Both the position numbers and the translations under genes were made by a program. Shown here piece by piece: positions 1 through 13,200 of a stretch of DNA of 39,908 nt; position 1 is the stretch's first letter, and each line of letters starts with the position of its first letter. Under the pieces are notes generated by a model, which worked only from the letters and a program-made list of their open reading frames with translations, did no database searches and was not told the DNA's origin. The stretch comes from Narcine bancroftii (lineage: Eukaryota), in contig NW_027212309.1 in assembly GCF_036971445.1 (NCBI RefSeq), forward strand, positions 1 to 39,908, read 5' to 3'.

Positions 1-137
1 AATCAGTGCTTGGAATATTACAATTTTCTGCAGCGTGGGAGTGTGGCAACTTTTTGTGACCTGCTTCAAATATCTTTAACAATATTTCTGGGCACCAATT
101 AATTCCTGGACATACCAGATGACAGGTGTGTACGTAT

Positions 138-845
138 GAAGCAGGAGCAAAGGTCGACTATTTGGCCTGTGATACCTGCACCCTCAACCAATAAGATCAT
201 GTCGGATCAGTTCCACATACCTGCCTTTCACCCATTAGCCCTGATTCCCCAACAATGCAAAAATCTATTGAACTGTCTTAATTACATCGAATGAACAAGT
301 CTCCAAAACTGCCCAGGGCAGAGAATTCCACGGATTCGCTACTTGATGTGAAAACCACTTCCTCATCATCTCAATCCTAAATATATTCCTATCCCTTTCC
401 GATTTCAAATTTCCTCATAATATTTCTGTAAGACTCCTTCTCATTCTTCTCTCTTCCAGCGTGTATAGTCCCAAGCAACTCAATCTCCACCCCTAGTTTT
501 CCCTCCATTATCTACAGACTCAACCTGATGAGCCTCCTTTGCACCGCTTTCTGCCAGGATAACATTTCTCACGTAAGGAGACCAGAACCTTACCCAATAC
601 TCCAGCGGCGGCCTCACCAATAGCCTGTCCAGTTGCAGCAGAATCTCCCTGTTCTTCATTTCAATCCCTCCAGCAATGAACCCGCATCCCATTGACCTTC
701 TTAATGACCTGTTGTACCTTAACACCAAGCTTCGGCGATTCACGCACAAGCACTTCCAAGTCCATCTGCACAGCAGTATGCTGCAAACGTTAACCATTTA
801 AAGAATAATTTGATCAACTATATTTTTCTTCCACTGTGAATGACC
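138..845 (-). mobile_element. Old CR1-type LINE fragments (related pieces also at ~1165-1385, 3368-3620 and 3845-5040)
   Basis: Minus-strand translations include LEYWVRFWSPY, RWNSLPKEIVE and LRKMRGDLFEMCKIVKG. Confidence 0.7.
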
Positions 846-1499
846 TTGGTCATAGCAGGGTCTGTGAGATAGTTGCAAGCTGAGTGACCTTTAGCTTCCC
901 TAATGCAATAAGTGCAATCTCCAGCAGATGTAGTTTCTGGACTGGCTACCATGTGACTCTAGAACCATGTGACTGTCCTCAGAATGAACAACAGCAAGTG
1001 CTCACCTCAAGGATAGGTCAGGGTGGGCATGAAATGATGACCTTGCCACTGAGGTCCAAATGGTGTGAATGATTCAAATGGTTTTAATCACATTTTTGAG
1101 AAGCTGACCTCAGTCTTGGGATCAGGTTTTTACGTGAAATACTTGCTATGTTTGGTGCACCAAGGAACATAAGAATTGAGCCTGTTCCACCATTCAACAA
1201 GATTATTGCTGATCTGGTCCTAGAATTAGTTCCAAATACCTACCTGTTCCCCATAACCCCCTTGATTCCCCCACAATGCAAAACTCTGTCTTGAATATAT
1301 CTAATGAGCAGGTCTCTACAATTTCCTTGGGCAGGGAATTCCACCGATTTTCTCCACTCTCAGAAAAGCAGATCCTCATTATCAATTACAACCTTGGATG
1401 TCATTAGGTTCGATTTTTTTTCTTTCCCTTTTTTCTCTTTCTTTATTCTTTATGCAACTCTTTGTACAAATTCATATTGGATTGGGAGTTAAGAGCAAG

Positions 1500-3250
1500 T
1501 ATTAAAAAGGGCACAAGGTGTAGGCCAAGCAACTATAGGCTAGTACATTTGATATCGGTGGTGGAGAAACTAATGGAAGGAATTCTTAGGGATAATATGT
1601 ATAAATATCTGGATGGGCAAGGATTGATCAGGGACTCTCAATATCAGTTTGTCAGGGGAAAGTCGTGTTTGACAAATCTTGTTGAATTTTTTGAAGAGGT
1701 GACCAGAAAGGTTGATGAAGGTAGAGCAGTTGATCTGGTGTATTTGGATTGTAGTAAGGCTTTTGATTAAGTTCCACGTGGAAGGTTAGTGAAGAAGGTT
1801 CAATCGCTAGGGACTAATATAGAGATAGACAGATGGGTTTAGCGGTGGCTAGAAGATAGGCACCAGAGATTAATGGTGGACAACTGTCTGTCAGGATGGA
1901 GGCCAGTGACGAGCGGTGTGCCTCAGGAATCGGTGTTGGGTCCTTTGTTGTTCGTCATTTATATTAATGATTTGGATGACAGGGTGGTAAACTGGGTGAA
2001 TAAATATGCAGACAATACAGAAATAGGGGGAGTTGTGGATAGTGAGGAGGATTTCCATGGACTACAGAATTATTTGGACTGTTTGGAATGGTGGGCTGAA
2101 AGGTAGCAGATGGAGTTTAATGTAGACAAGTTTGAGTTGCTTCATTTTGGGAAAAATAACCAAAATAGGACGACGCATGCAGTGAAGGGGATTGAGGAAT
2201 GCTGAGGAACAGAGAGATCTTGGAATAACGGTTCAGCATTCCTTAAAGGTGGATTCCCATGTAGATAGGGTAGTGAAGAAGGCTTTTGGTATGCTGGCCT
2301 TTATAAATCATAGCATATGGTAGCATAGCATAGCTCCATATAGGAGCTGGGAGGTGATGTTCAGACTGTTTAAGGCATTGGTGAGGCCAAGTGTGGAGTA
2401 TTGTGTTCAGTTCTGGTTGCCAAATTCTAGGAATTTATAGAATTATTTATAGAAATATAAATAAGGTAGAAAGGGTGCAAAGAAGGTTTACAAAAATGTT
2501 GCCTGGATTGGAGTATCTTGAATACGGAGAAAGATTGAGTAGACTGGGACTTTATTCGTTGGAGCGTAGAAGGTTGAGAGGGGATTTGATCGAGTTTTTG
2601 AAAGTTATGAAGGGAATAGATAGAGTAGATGTGAATAGGCTCTTTCCCCTGAGGGTAGGGGAGATGGGAACAAGGGGTTATAAGTTAAGGGTTAGGGGGG
2701 AAATTTTTAGGAGTAATTGTGGTGGTACACCACCGGCCTACTGCAGGGGCAACCTCTGTACCTGCAGAAGTGTGAGGGGACAGGACAACACCTGGCTGGC
2801 TATCAATCTGTCGGCCTGAATGGATCAAGATCCACCCAGTCGGGTGTCAATCATCCTCCGGGATATAAGCCTGCGCCGGCCTCCCGAGGCCTCACTCAGA
2901 GTTGCTACAGCTAGAGCCAGCCTGGCTCTGTGGAAGTCTTTGTGGATTAAAGCCTGTTGTACAGTCTTTACCTTTGTGTGTGTCTGATTCTGGCTATCAG
3001 CGCACCACAGTAATATAAGAGGATGCTTCTTCACTCAGAGAGTGGTGGTTTAGTGGAATGATCTACTGGAAAAGTAGTTGCTGCAGGGTTAATTTTGTCA
3101 TTTAAGAGGAGGCTAAATGAGTACATGGATGTGAGGGGATTGGAGGGTAATGGGCATGGTAGTAGATAGGTGGAACTAGTGGAGTTTCACATAAATCGGT
3201 GCAGACTAGAAGGACCAATATGGCCTGTTTCCGTACTGTAAATTGTTATA
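1500..3250 (+). mobile_element. 5'-truncated, degenerate CR1 LINE (RT C-terminus and 3' UTR)
   Basis: NYR...SCLTNLVEFFEEVT...VYLDCSKAFD, SGVPQESVLGPLLF, KYADN, RRRLRGDLIE. Multiple stops and frameshifts. Confidence 0.92.
2718..3009 (+). mobile_element. Solo LTR inserted into the CR1 element
   Basis: TGTGGTG...CACCACA termini with perfect 5-bp TSD GTAAT (2713-2717 and 3010-3014). TATA-like and ATTAAA signals; CR1 sequence resumes on both sides. Confidence 0.88.
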
Positions 3251-4476
3251 TGCTTATATTATTGTCATAATATGTGCTATAATCTTTAATGTGTAATAGT
3301 CTCATGCGATCAATTTATTATACATTTGTTTTGTTTTTCTGATAAAACAATAAAAATAACATAAAAAGAATATATCTAATGAGTAGGTCTCCACATCTTC
3401 CTTGGACAGGGAATTCCACAGATTTGCTACACTCTCTGAAAAGCAGATCCTCATCATCTCTCTCTCTTCAATTCCCCCAAGTCTTCATGATATGTTCCCT
3501 GTTCGAATTTCACCTCCCAGAAGAAAAACTTTCCTGCCACTGTTATCTATCCCTTTGACAATTTTGCACATTTCGAAAAGATCCCCTCTCATTTTTCTTA
3601 ATTCCAGTGAACACAATTCTCTCTGCAAAAAGGAGTTAATCCTCAGTGGCTGCCACGACGTGACAAACACATACCTTTGTTGTGAACATCTTGATTGTTG
3701 TGTGTAACTGTGGTTGGTTAAGTGTTAAATGTGGAGAGGGTATAGCAGGGTGGGGGGGGGGTGTGGGGGCGGTGTGAAAGGGATCGAGAAAACTTGAACT
3801 CAATAACTGTTCAATTCAGAAAATTATAAATAGAATATTAAAAGAAAAGGAGTTAATCCACACTTATATCTTAATTGACTACCCCGAACGTTGAGGTTAG
3901 GCTCCCCCTACTAGAGGAAATAAATTTCCTGCCACATCTGATCAATCCCTTTCATAATTTTACCTTTCTGTAAGATCCCCTCTCATTCTTCTTAATTCCA
4001 GTGAGTATAGTCCCAGCAACTCAATCTCCCCTTACAGGCTGAACCTTTCTTTGATGGAATCAACCTGATGAACCACCGCTTCCAATCCAGTATAGTCTTT
4101 TTCATATACAGAGACTCAAACTCCAGGTGCAGCTTCACCTGAACCCTGTTCAGCTACAGCAGATCCTACCTCTCTTCAATTCAGTCCCTCCGGAAGTGAA
4201 GGCCCGCATCATCCCATTTCCCTTCTTCATTACCTCTTGCAGCTGCAAATTAACCTTTGTGATTCATTCACAATCACTGCCAACTCCCTCTGGATCAGAG
4301 CATAAGGTAAATATTCACCATTAAAAAAAATAACCTGATCTATTATTTTCTTCCACTGTGAATGACCTCAGATTTTACAACTTTGTCCCACCTGACAGAC
4401 CCTTCTCCACTCATTGACTAGTCTCTCTCTCTCTTCAGACTCTGCATCCTTTCCACAATTTTCTCCTGTACATATG

Positions 4477-4727
4477 GGCGACATGGTTAGCGTAGCAGTT
4501 AGCGCATTGCCTTTAGAGTGCCAGCGATTGAGACCGGGGTTAAAATCCTGGGCTGTCTGTAAGGAGTTTGCAAGTTCTGCTCATGTCTGCATGGTTTTTT
4601 CCTGAGGCTCCAGTTTCTACCCACTCTTTGAAATGTACCAGGGATGTAGGTTCATTGGGGGTAAATTGGGTGCCAAGGGCTTGTGACCGAAATGGCCTGT
4701 TTCTGTGCTGTGTGCCTCTATATCTCA
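4477..4727 (+). mobile_element. tRNA-derived V-SINE (HE1-like)
   Basis: tRNA-like head GGTTAGCGTAGC...GGGTT, V-domain-like core GGAGTTTG...TCTGC...GGTTT...CTCC, and CR1-like 3' tail GGCCTGTTTCTGTGCTGT. Confidence 0.75.
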
Positions 4728-5042
4728 ATTTTGTGTCATCAACAGGCTTTGATACAGAGCACTCGGTCCCTTACTTAAATTATTCTTGCATATCATGGGC
4801 CCAGTATCAACCCCTGTTGCAAACTGCCAATAGATAACACCCATTTATCTGAATCTTCTGTTTTCTTTTGGGAAACCAATCCTCTATGCATCCTAATATC
4901 TTATGCCCCAATTTCAAGCATCCTTATCCTCTGGGTGTCTTTTTTGTGGCACATTATTGAATGCCTTCTTGAAGCCCAAGTCCCCAACATCCACCTATTC
5001 TCTTTGATCCATTGCTTTCATTACATCCTCAAAGAACTTCAG

Positions 5043-5280
5043 GGTTGCACAGTTAGCGTAACGCTCTGACAGCTGCAGAGATTGGGACCAGGGTTCAAAA
5101 CCCGCGTGGTCTAAAAGGAGTTTGTATGTTCTCCCTGTATCTGCGTGGGTTTCATCCCAGTGCTCTGGTTTCCTTCCACAGTTTAAAAAAGTACCAAAGA
5201 TTGTAGGTCAATTGGGTGTAGTCAAGCAGCACAGGTCCAGGTGCTGAAAGGGCCTTTTATCGCGCTGTATCTCTAAATTT
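5043..5280 (+). mobile_element. V-SINE whose AT-rich tail was the target of RTE copy 1
   Basis: Same head, core and tail as the other copies. The (AAATTT)n tail continues at 8837-8864 after the RTE. Confidence 0.78.
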
Positions 5281-8200
5281 GCAGGCGGCGGCCTCGGCCC
5301 CGGTCCGGGCAGTATGGACCGACCTAGGAGGGGAGGCAGGCCCCTCCAGCCCGGGTAAGAAACCTGCATAGGAGAAGGCCACTCCGATATAAAACCTACG
5401 ACCCAAGGACCTCGCTGCCACGTCCCAGCTTGCTTGGCCACGGCACACGAACCATGGGTGTAAAGGGTGGGGCCAGTACTGCGCGCACTGCACTCCACCT
5501 AAAAGCTCCTTTGCGCAGGCCCGAGGACAGGTCCACGTCCTCCCCCTCCACGTCCTCCCCCTCCACGTCCTCCCCCTCAAAAGATGCTCACAAACTCAGG
5601 CTAGCATGCTGGAACATCAGAACCATGCTAGACAAGGCTGACAGCCACCGACCTGAACGTCGGTCTGCCCTCATTGCACATGAACTCCTCAGACTTGACA
5701 TCGACATAGCCGCTCTCAGTGAAGTCCGCCTGGCAGATGTAGGCAGCCTCCGAGAACGCGGCGCGGGCTACACACTCTACTGGTCTGGCAAGCCTTTGGA
5801 TGAACGACGCCTATCTGGTGTAGGCTTCATGGTCAAGAGCTTCATTGCCTCCAAACTCGAAAACCTTCCGACAGGCCTCTCGGACCGAATCATGTCCATG
5901 CGACTCCCACTTCAAAACAAGCGTCACATCACCCTCATCAGTGTCTATGCTCCAACCCTCCAGGCGGAACCAGCAGAAAAGAACAAGTTCTACACCGACC
6001 TGCGCAACCTCATCCAACGTACCCCTACAGCCGACAAGGTTGTCATCCTGGGCGACTTCAACGCTCGTGTCGGCAAAGACTCAGAAACCTGGCCAGGAAT
6101 CCTGGGCAAGCATGGTGTCGGCAAGTGCAACGACAATGGGCGCCTCCTGTTGGAGCTCTGCGCAGAACAGCGACTTGTCATTACAAACACCCTTTTTCAG
6201 CAGAGGGACAGCCTTAAGACCACCTGGATGCATCCCCGATCCAAACACTGGCACCTCCTGGACTACATCCTGGTGCGAGAAAGTGACAAACAAGATGTGC
6301 TCCACACCAGGGTCATGCCTAGCGCGGAATGCCACACTGACCACCGGCTGGTTCGCTGCAAGCTCAACCTTCACTTCAAGCCAAAGCCCAGGAACAATAA
6401 AGCCCCCAGAAAGAGGTTCAATGTTGGAAACCTGCAGTCAGACGAAGCGAGAGGAAACTTCCAGGCAAACCTCAAAGCAAAGCTCGACGTTGCAACCCGC
6501 CTCACGGACCCGTCCCCTGAAACCCTCTGGGATCAGTTGAAGACTACCATACTGCAATCCACTGAAGAGGTACTGGGCTTCTCCTCCAGGAAAAACAAGG
6601 ACTGGTTTGACGAAAACAGCCAGGAAATCCAGGAGCTGCTGGCAAAGAAGCGAGCTGCCCACCAGGCTCACCTTACAAAGCCGTCCTGTCCAGAGAAGAA
6701 ACAAGCCTTCCGTCGCGCATGCAGCCATCTTCAGCGCAAACTCCGGGAGATCCAAAATGAGTGGTGGACTAGCCTCGCCAAACGAACACAGCTCAGCGCG
6801 GACATTGGCGACTTCGGGTGTTTCTACGAGGCTCTAAAGGCTGTGTACGGCCCCTCACCCCAAGTCCAAAGCCCGCTGCGCAGCTCAGACGGCAAAGTCC
6901 TCCTCAGCGACAAGATCTCCATCCTCAACCGATGGTCAGAACACTTCCAATCTCTTTTCAGTGCCAACCGCTCAGTCCAAGATTCCGCCCTGCTCCAGCT
7001 CCCTCAACAGCCCCTAAGGCAAGAGCTGGATGAGGTTCCCACCCTGGATGAGACATATAAGGCAATCGAACAACTGAAAAGTGGCAAAGCAGCAGGTATG
7101 GATGGAATCCCCCCAGAAGTCTGGAAGGCTGGCGGCAAAACTCTGCATGCCAAACTGCATGAGTTTTTCAAGCTTTGTTGGGACCAAGGTAAACTGCCTC
7201 AGGATCTTCGTGATGCCACCATCATCACCCTGTACAAAAACAAAGGCGAGAAATCAGACTGCTCAAACTACAGGGGAATCACGTTGCTCTCCATTGCAGG
7301 CAAAATCTTCGCTAGGATTCTACTAAATAGAATAATACCTAGTGTCGCCGAGAATATTCTCCCAGGATCACAGTGCGGCTTTCGCGCAAACAGAGGAACC
7401 ACTGACATGGTCTTTGCCCTCAGACAGCTCCAAGAAAAGTGCAGAGAACAAAACAAAGGACTCTACATCACCTTTGTTGACCTCACCAAAGCCTTCGACA
7501 CCGTGAGCAGGAAAGGGCTTTGGCAAATACTAGAGCGCATCGGTTGTCCCCCAAAGTTCCTCAACATGATTATCCAACTGCACGAAAACCAACAAGGTCG
7601 GGTCAGATACAGCAATGAGCTCTCTGAACCCTTCTCCATTAACAATGGCGTGAAGCAAGGCTGTGTTCTCGCACCAACCCTCTTTTAAATCTTCTTCAGC
7701 ATGATGCTGAACCAAGCCATGAAAGACCCCAACAATGAAGACGCTGTTTACATCCGGTACCGCACGGATGGCAGTCTCTTCAATCTGAGGCGCCTGCAAG
7801 CTCACACCAAGACACAAGAGAAACTTGTCCGTGAACTACTCTTTGCAGATGATGCCGCTTTAGTTGCCCATTCAGAGCCAGCTCTTCAGCGCTTGACGTC
7901 CTGCTTTGCGGAAACTGCCAAAATGTTTGGCCTGGAAGTCAGCCTGAAGAAAACTGAGGTCCTCCATCAGCCAGCTCCCCACCATGACTACCAGCCCCCC
8001 CACATCTCCATCGGGCACACAAAACTCAAAACGGTCAACCAGTTTACCTATCTCGGCTGCACCATTTCATCAGATGCAAGGATCGACAATGAGATAGACA
8101 ACAGACTCGCCAAGGCAAATAGCGCCTTTGGAAGACTACACAAAAGAGTCTGGAAAAACAACCAACTGAAAAACCTCACAAAGATAAGCGTATACAGAGC

Positions 8201-8836
8201 CGTTGTCATACCCACACTCCTGTTCGGCTCCGAATCATGGGTCCTCTACCGGCACCACCTATGGCTCCTAGAACGCTTTCACCAGCGTTGTCTCCGCTCC
8301 ATCCTCAACATCCATTGGAGCGCTTACACCCCTAACGTCGAAGTACTCGAGATGGCAGAGGTCGACAGCATCGAGTCCACGCTGCTGAAGATCCAGCTGC
8401 GCTGGATGGGTCACGTCTCCAGAATGGAGGACCATCGCCTTCCCAAGATCGTGTTATATGGCGAGCTCTCCACTGGCCATCGTGACAGAGGTGCACCAAA
8501 GAAAAGGTACAAGGACTGCCTAAAGAAATCTCTTGGTGCCTGCCACATTGACCACCGCCAGTGGGCTGATAATGCCTCAAACCGTGCATCTTGGCGCCTC
8601 ACAGTTTGGCGGGCAGCAACCTCCTTTGAAGAAGACCGCAGAGCCCACCTCACTGACAAAAGGCAAAGGAGGAAAAACCCAACACCCAACCCCAACCAAC
8701 CAATTTTCCCTTGCAACCGCTGCAATCCTGTCTGCCTGTCCCGCATCGGACTTGTCAGCCACAAACGAGCCTGCAGCTGACGTGGACTTTTTACCCCCTC
8801 CATAAATCTTCGTCCGCGAAGCCAAGCCAAAGAAAA
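5281..8836 (+). mobile_element. RTE-clade non-LTR retrotransposon, copy 1 (5'-truncated UTR; single APE-RT ORF broken by a TAA at 7686-7688)
   Basis: APE endonuclease motifs (WNIRTM, LSEVR, SVYAPT, GDFNAR, LDYIL, TDHRLV) and RT motifs (QCGFR, FVDLTKAFD, GVKQGCVLAP, LFADD). A/G-rich tail; TSD ATCTCTAAATTT at 5269-5280 and 8837-8848. Confidence 0.95.
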
Positions 8837-9391
8837 ATCTCTAAATTTAAATTTGAAATTTAAATCAGCTACTTGATGGTTATTCATTGCCCCATCACAA
8901 TAAGACTCATACTGGAGACTAAAGGCACTTTTAGGTTGCCAAAATCCCCCTATGTAAAGCCACATATTATGCCCATATGTGTCTGTCAGGAGGCCACTTG
9001 AAAGCACAGGAGGTGGATGTGAGGCAAACTTTGTAACCCTCCTCCAGGAGGGATAGTCGCCGGAGTACTGAGGACCCCCGGCACCTGAATGCAGCCGCCT
9101 GAAAGCGAATGCTGAGGGGATGACAATATGCTGGTGAGCGCTTGACAGCTCCCCTCGCTGCTGCCCTGCCCGCTGGCACAGGACGTCAGGGCAGGGGCAG
9201 TGGGCATGGGCTGTCAGTGCTGGGGCAGCCAGCACGGTCAGTCAGGGTTGAGGTGACCGGCGCGGTCAGTCAGGGTTGAGATGACCAACGCGGGCTGTAG
9301 GGGTTGTAGGGCTGTAGTGGTTGGGGAGGACGGCGCGGGCTTTAGTGGTTGGATTGGCCGGTGCGGGCTGTAGTGGTTGGGCCTGCCAGTA

Positions 9392-10023
9392 TGGGCTGTC
9401 CCTATACTGATCCCACTTATGTGGGACAGATTAATTTGTTGCTTTCCAATGCAGGCACCGAACACCAAATGTTTGTTGATAATCTGCCCACAGCCACGCC
9501 AAACCTTGAGTGCTCTCCCCACAGCCCTTAATCAGTCCCAACACTGTGGGGCGGCCGGTGTGGGCAGAGCAGTGGGATCAGTGTGGGGACCAACATGTGG
9601 CTATGGGGAGAGAGCAGAGCAGTGGGATCAGTCTGGGGACCGACATGGGGCTAGTTTAATTGGACGGTAATGTTTGGTGCACACATTGTGGCCAAATGGG
9701 CTATTTCTGTGCTGTCCTGTTCTTTGTTTTAGATATTCATTATATTTAGTGTTTGCATTTCTCTTTGATAAACTAGCTGGGTTTTTATTTGCCACCGTGA
9801 TGTCTTTTGCTAACTGGTTCATGTGTAAATTCTTCTGTACCATATATTTTTCCTAATGCCTCTGCTAGTTCAAACTCTCTGCCGGTCTGATTCCTCTCAG
9901 AGCACTGAAGGTTTGACTTGGCTGTCGGCAGATTCTCAACAAACATTTGGTGCTCGGTGTCTGCATTGGAAAGCAACAAGTTAATCTGTCCCTCATAAGT
10001 GGGATCAGTATGGCAACAGCCCA
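9392..10023. repeat. Diverged inverted repeat pair (arms ~9392-9516 and ~9899-10023)
   Basis: ATACTGATCCCACTTATG.GGGACAGATTAA.TTGTTGCTTTCCAATGCAG... occurs on + in arm 1 and on - in arm 2. Confidence 0.85.
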
Positions 10024-10202
10024 CGCCGGCCACCCCAGCGCTGACAGTCTGCGCTGCCCACCCCAAACCCTGTAGACCACCCCACCTCTGACAGCCTGCC
10101 GCCCCAACCCTGACAGCCCGAAGGGACAGGAGCCAGAGTGTGCTCCGAGGCACCTCCCTTGCAGCTTTCCCTTTCAGATGGCCAGCGCTGCACTTTCAAT
10201 CG

Positions 10203-13200
10203 CAATAGATATTCACCAAGAGAAATGGTTACTTAAACAAACCTTGCTTTTAATTATTTTGAAACATGAAAATAGAAGAAAACTTTAACTTATCGCTATT
10301 GACTTACTTAACCTAACTTAACCCCCTTCTAATTCTAAGCGCACGTGTATGTAATGTGTGTGTAAGTTCTCTGGTTCTCAGTCCAATCTCACTTCTCATT
10401 CCTCCAAGTTCACTGATTGCAGGCAATTCTTATACTGTGCACAGAATTTAACATTTATGAAGTTCACCAGGCTTTGGTGCTTGAAAGGTGAGGTTCTTGT
10501 CGGTTTTCAGAGAGACATTTGTTGTACGATGGACACCAGCCACCTCAGTGTCTCGCTGATGAAACTTATCCCCTGTGACAGTACAGGATACAATCACCAA
10601 TGTATATTTTTCTATATTTTTACAGAAAGTGATTGGCTGAGAGCCGGAGCCACACCTACTGGCAGGTCATAAAGGGCTGCTCTGGACTGGTCGACCTCAA
10701 TGTACTACGCTCCAGTCTTTTGTCAATAAAATCGTAGCGCGTCAAATGACTCGAAGACTTGTTGACTCAAATCAAGGCTCATGGACCTTCTACCTCCCCA
10801 AACCCAGAAGGTACTCAAATGCTGCCTGGGTTTTTTTTTCTTATTATGCTCAATGAGTCCCACAGTACCCTGACAAGGCACGGCCTAATTAAGTCCACCT
10901 CCTTCCCCTTGTCAGCGGAAGCCAGACTGTCTTTTGACCGCATCAAGTCGGATATCACCGTGGTCACTCTGTTCGCAGTAGACATATCCTTCCAGGTGGA
11001 GACCAATGCGTCTGACTTTGCATTGGCAGCCACCTTAAACTAGGCCGATAAGCCTGTCACCTTCTTTTCTAGGACCCTGCAGGCCCAGAAAGCCAACACT
11101 AATCTGTTGAGCAAGAGGCCCAGGCCAGCAGAGAGGTCGTATGTTGTTGGAGATACTACCTCGCTGGCAGGCGCTTTACACTCCTGACCGACCAACGCGC
11201 AGTCTCATTTATATTTAGTGGCAGCAGCGGAGTAAGATCAAACATGACAAGATTCCCAGATGGAGAATCAAACTCTCTATCTTCAACTACGACATTCAGC
11301 ACAGGCCTGGCAAACTCAATGACCCGCTGACGTCCTTTCCCATGGGACATGTGCCAGTGTACAACTGGACAGGCTGAATAGATCCACGAGGAGCTCTGTC
11401 TCCCAGAGGTCACCAGGTCTGCCCACTTTGTAAAGGCCCACAACCTGCCTTATATGGTCGAGGAGATCTGCTCCATGACCCGAGCCTGCCCAGTATGCAC
11501 TGAGTGCAAGCCCAATTTCTTCTGGCCCGAGAAGACCCAGGTCATTCAAACCACCCAGATCTTCGAACATCTCAGAGTGGACTTCAAAGGGCCCCTACTG
11601 TCGATGAACCGTAACACCTACATTCTCACAGTGATACATGAGTTCTCCTGCTTCCTGTTCGCTATTCCCTGCCCAGACGTGATTGCCTCTTCAGTCATAA
11701 ATGCATTCCACAGCATCTTCGCCATTTTCGGGTACTCCAGTTACATCCATAGTGACTGGGGGGTCCGCGTTTATGAGTGCGGAGCTGAGGCAGTACCTCC
11801 TGGAGCATCGAGCAGGACCACGAGCTGCAACCCACATAGTAATGGACAGGTCGAATGGGAGAATGCCACCGTCTGGAAAGCAGTCACGCTTTCCCTCTGG
11901 TCCAAAGGCAGAATGTCCTCCCAAATGCCCTACACTCCATCAGGTCCCTGTTATGCACTACCACCAACGCTACTCCGCACGAATGTATATTCTCGTTCCC
12001 GCGGAAGTCGGAACCGGGAACAACTGCACCAGCATGGCTGACGGTCCCTGAACCTGTCCTGCTGAGAACTCATGTCCGCTACTCGAAAACAACCCTCTAG
12101 TCCACCAGGTAACGCTGTAACATGTGAACCCGCACTATGCCTATATCGAGTACCCGGAAGGGCGGGAGGACACGGTTTGGATAAGGGACCTGACCCAAGC
12201 CAGGTCTAACATTGTCACGTTCCAACCCCAACCTCCATTCAATCCTCCCCTAGGTTACATGCAGGGACAGTGGGACCAGCAGCACCTCGCAGATGACAAC
12301 GGCAGCAGATTGGACCAGTCCTCAGCCAACGACGTCTGTGTACTAGGCGAAACTGCACCCACACCCGGGGTCTCCAGCAATGATATTCTGCCAGCTACCC
12401 CGATCCCGGTGATCATGTGAACAATCAGGCCTCCCGACTGTTACAGCCCGTGAACACTGCATGATATACTTTCCACTTTTTCTTTTATTCACTCCGAGGT
12501 CAGTTCCTCAAGAAGGGGTGAATATGATAATACAGGATACTATCACCAATGTATATATTTACATATAGTAATAGTGATTGGCTGAGAGCCGGAGCCACGT
12601 CTACTGGCAGGTCATAAAGGGCTGCTCCTAACCAGACCCAGGTCAGTCTGGACTGGTCGACCTCAATGTACTACGCTCCAGTCTTTTGTTAATAAAAGCC
12701 TTGTTAATAAAGTCAACAAGTCTTTGAGTCATTCGATGGGCTACACCCCCTTCAGGTTTCTCCAGATGCCCAGCCACCTCACTGTCTCTCTGACAAAACT
12801 TGCCCCCTTCAGGGTTCTCCAAATGATAACGTCTTTCTTTCAGGTCACCACAGAGTGCCTTTTCCTTTCTCTTCTTGCAAGTGGAACATTAGAGAGCCAG
12901 TCCTCTCCTCTTGTATGAACCACAAGGGCTTTGACCAGGCTAAATCAAGCACTTACAACCCATCTTTCACATGGGGTTTTCCACAAGCTTGCAAGCTTGT
13001 CCTGTTCCAGTCCCAGCTGCTGTTGCTGGGTGTAATACTGGAGAAGTAATCTTTGTCTCTCTCTCTTTCTGAGAGAAAGTCTGTTTTACTCTCTCTGCTT
13101 GCAAAACCACATGACCCACTTAGACCAGTAAGTTCTCTTCCAGACAGAAGGCGACCGACAAGATCTTTCATTTGTTGCATTTTTGTAAACAACAATCCAT

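Noticed and set aside
5811-9235. Antisense and alternate-frame ORFs overlapping the RTE (also at 26415-29424)
   Set aside because: Shadow ORFs of the RTE coding sequence with no recognisable domains.
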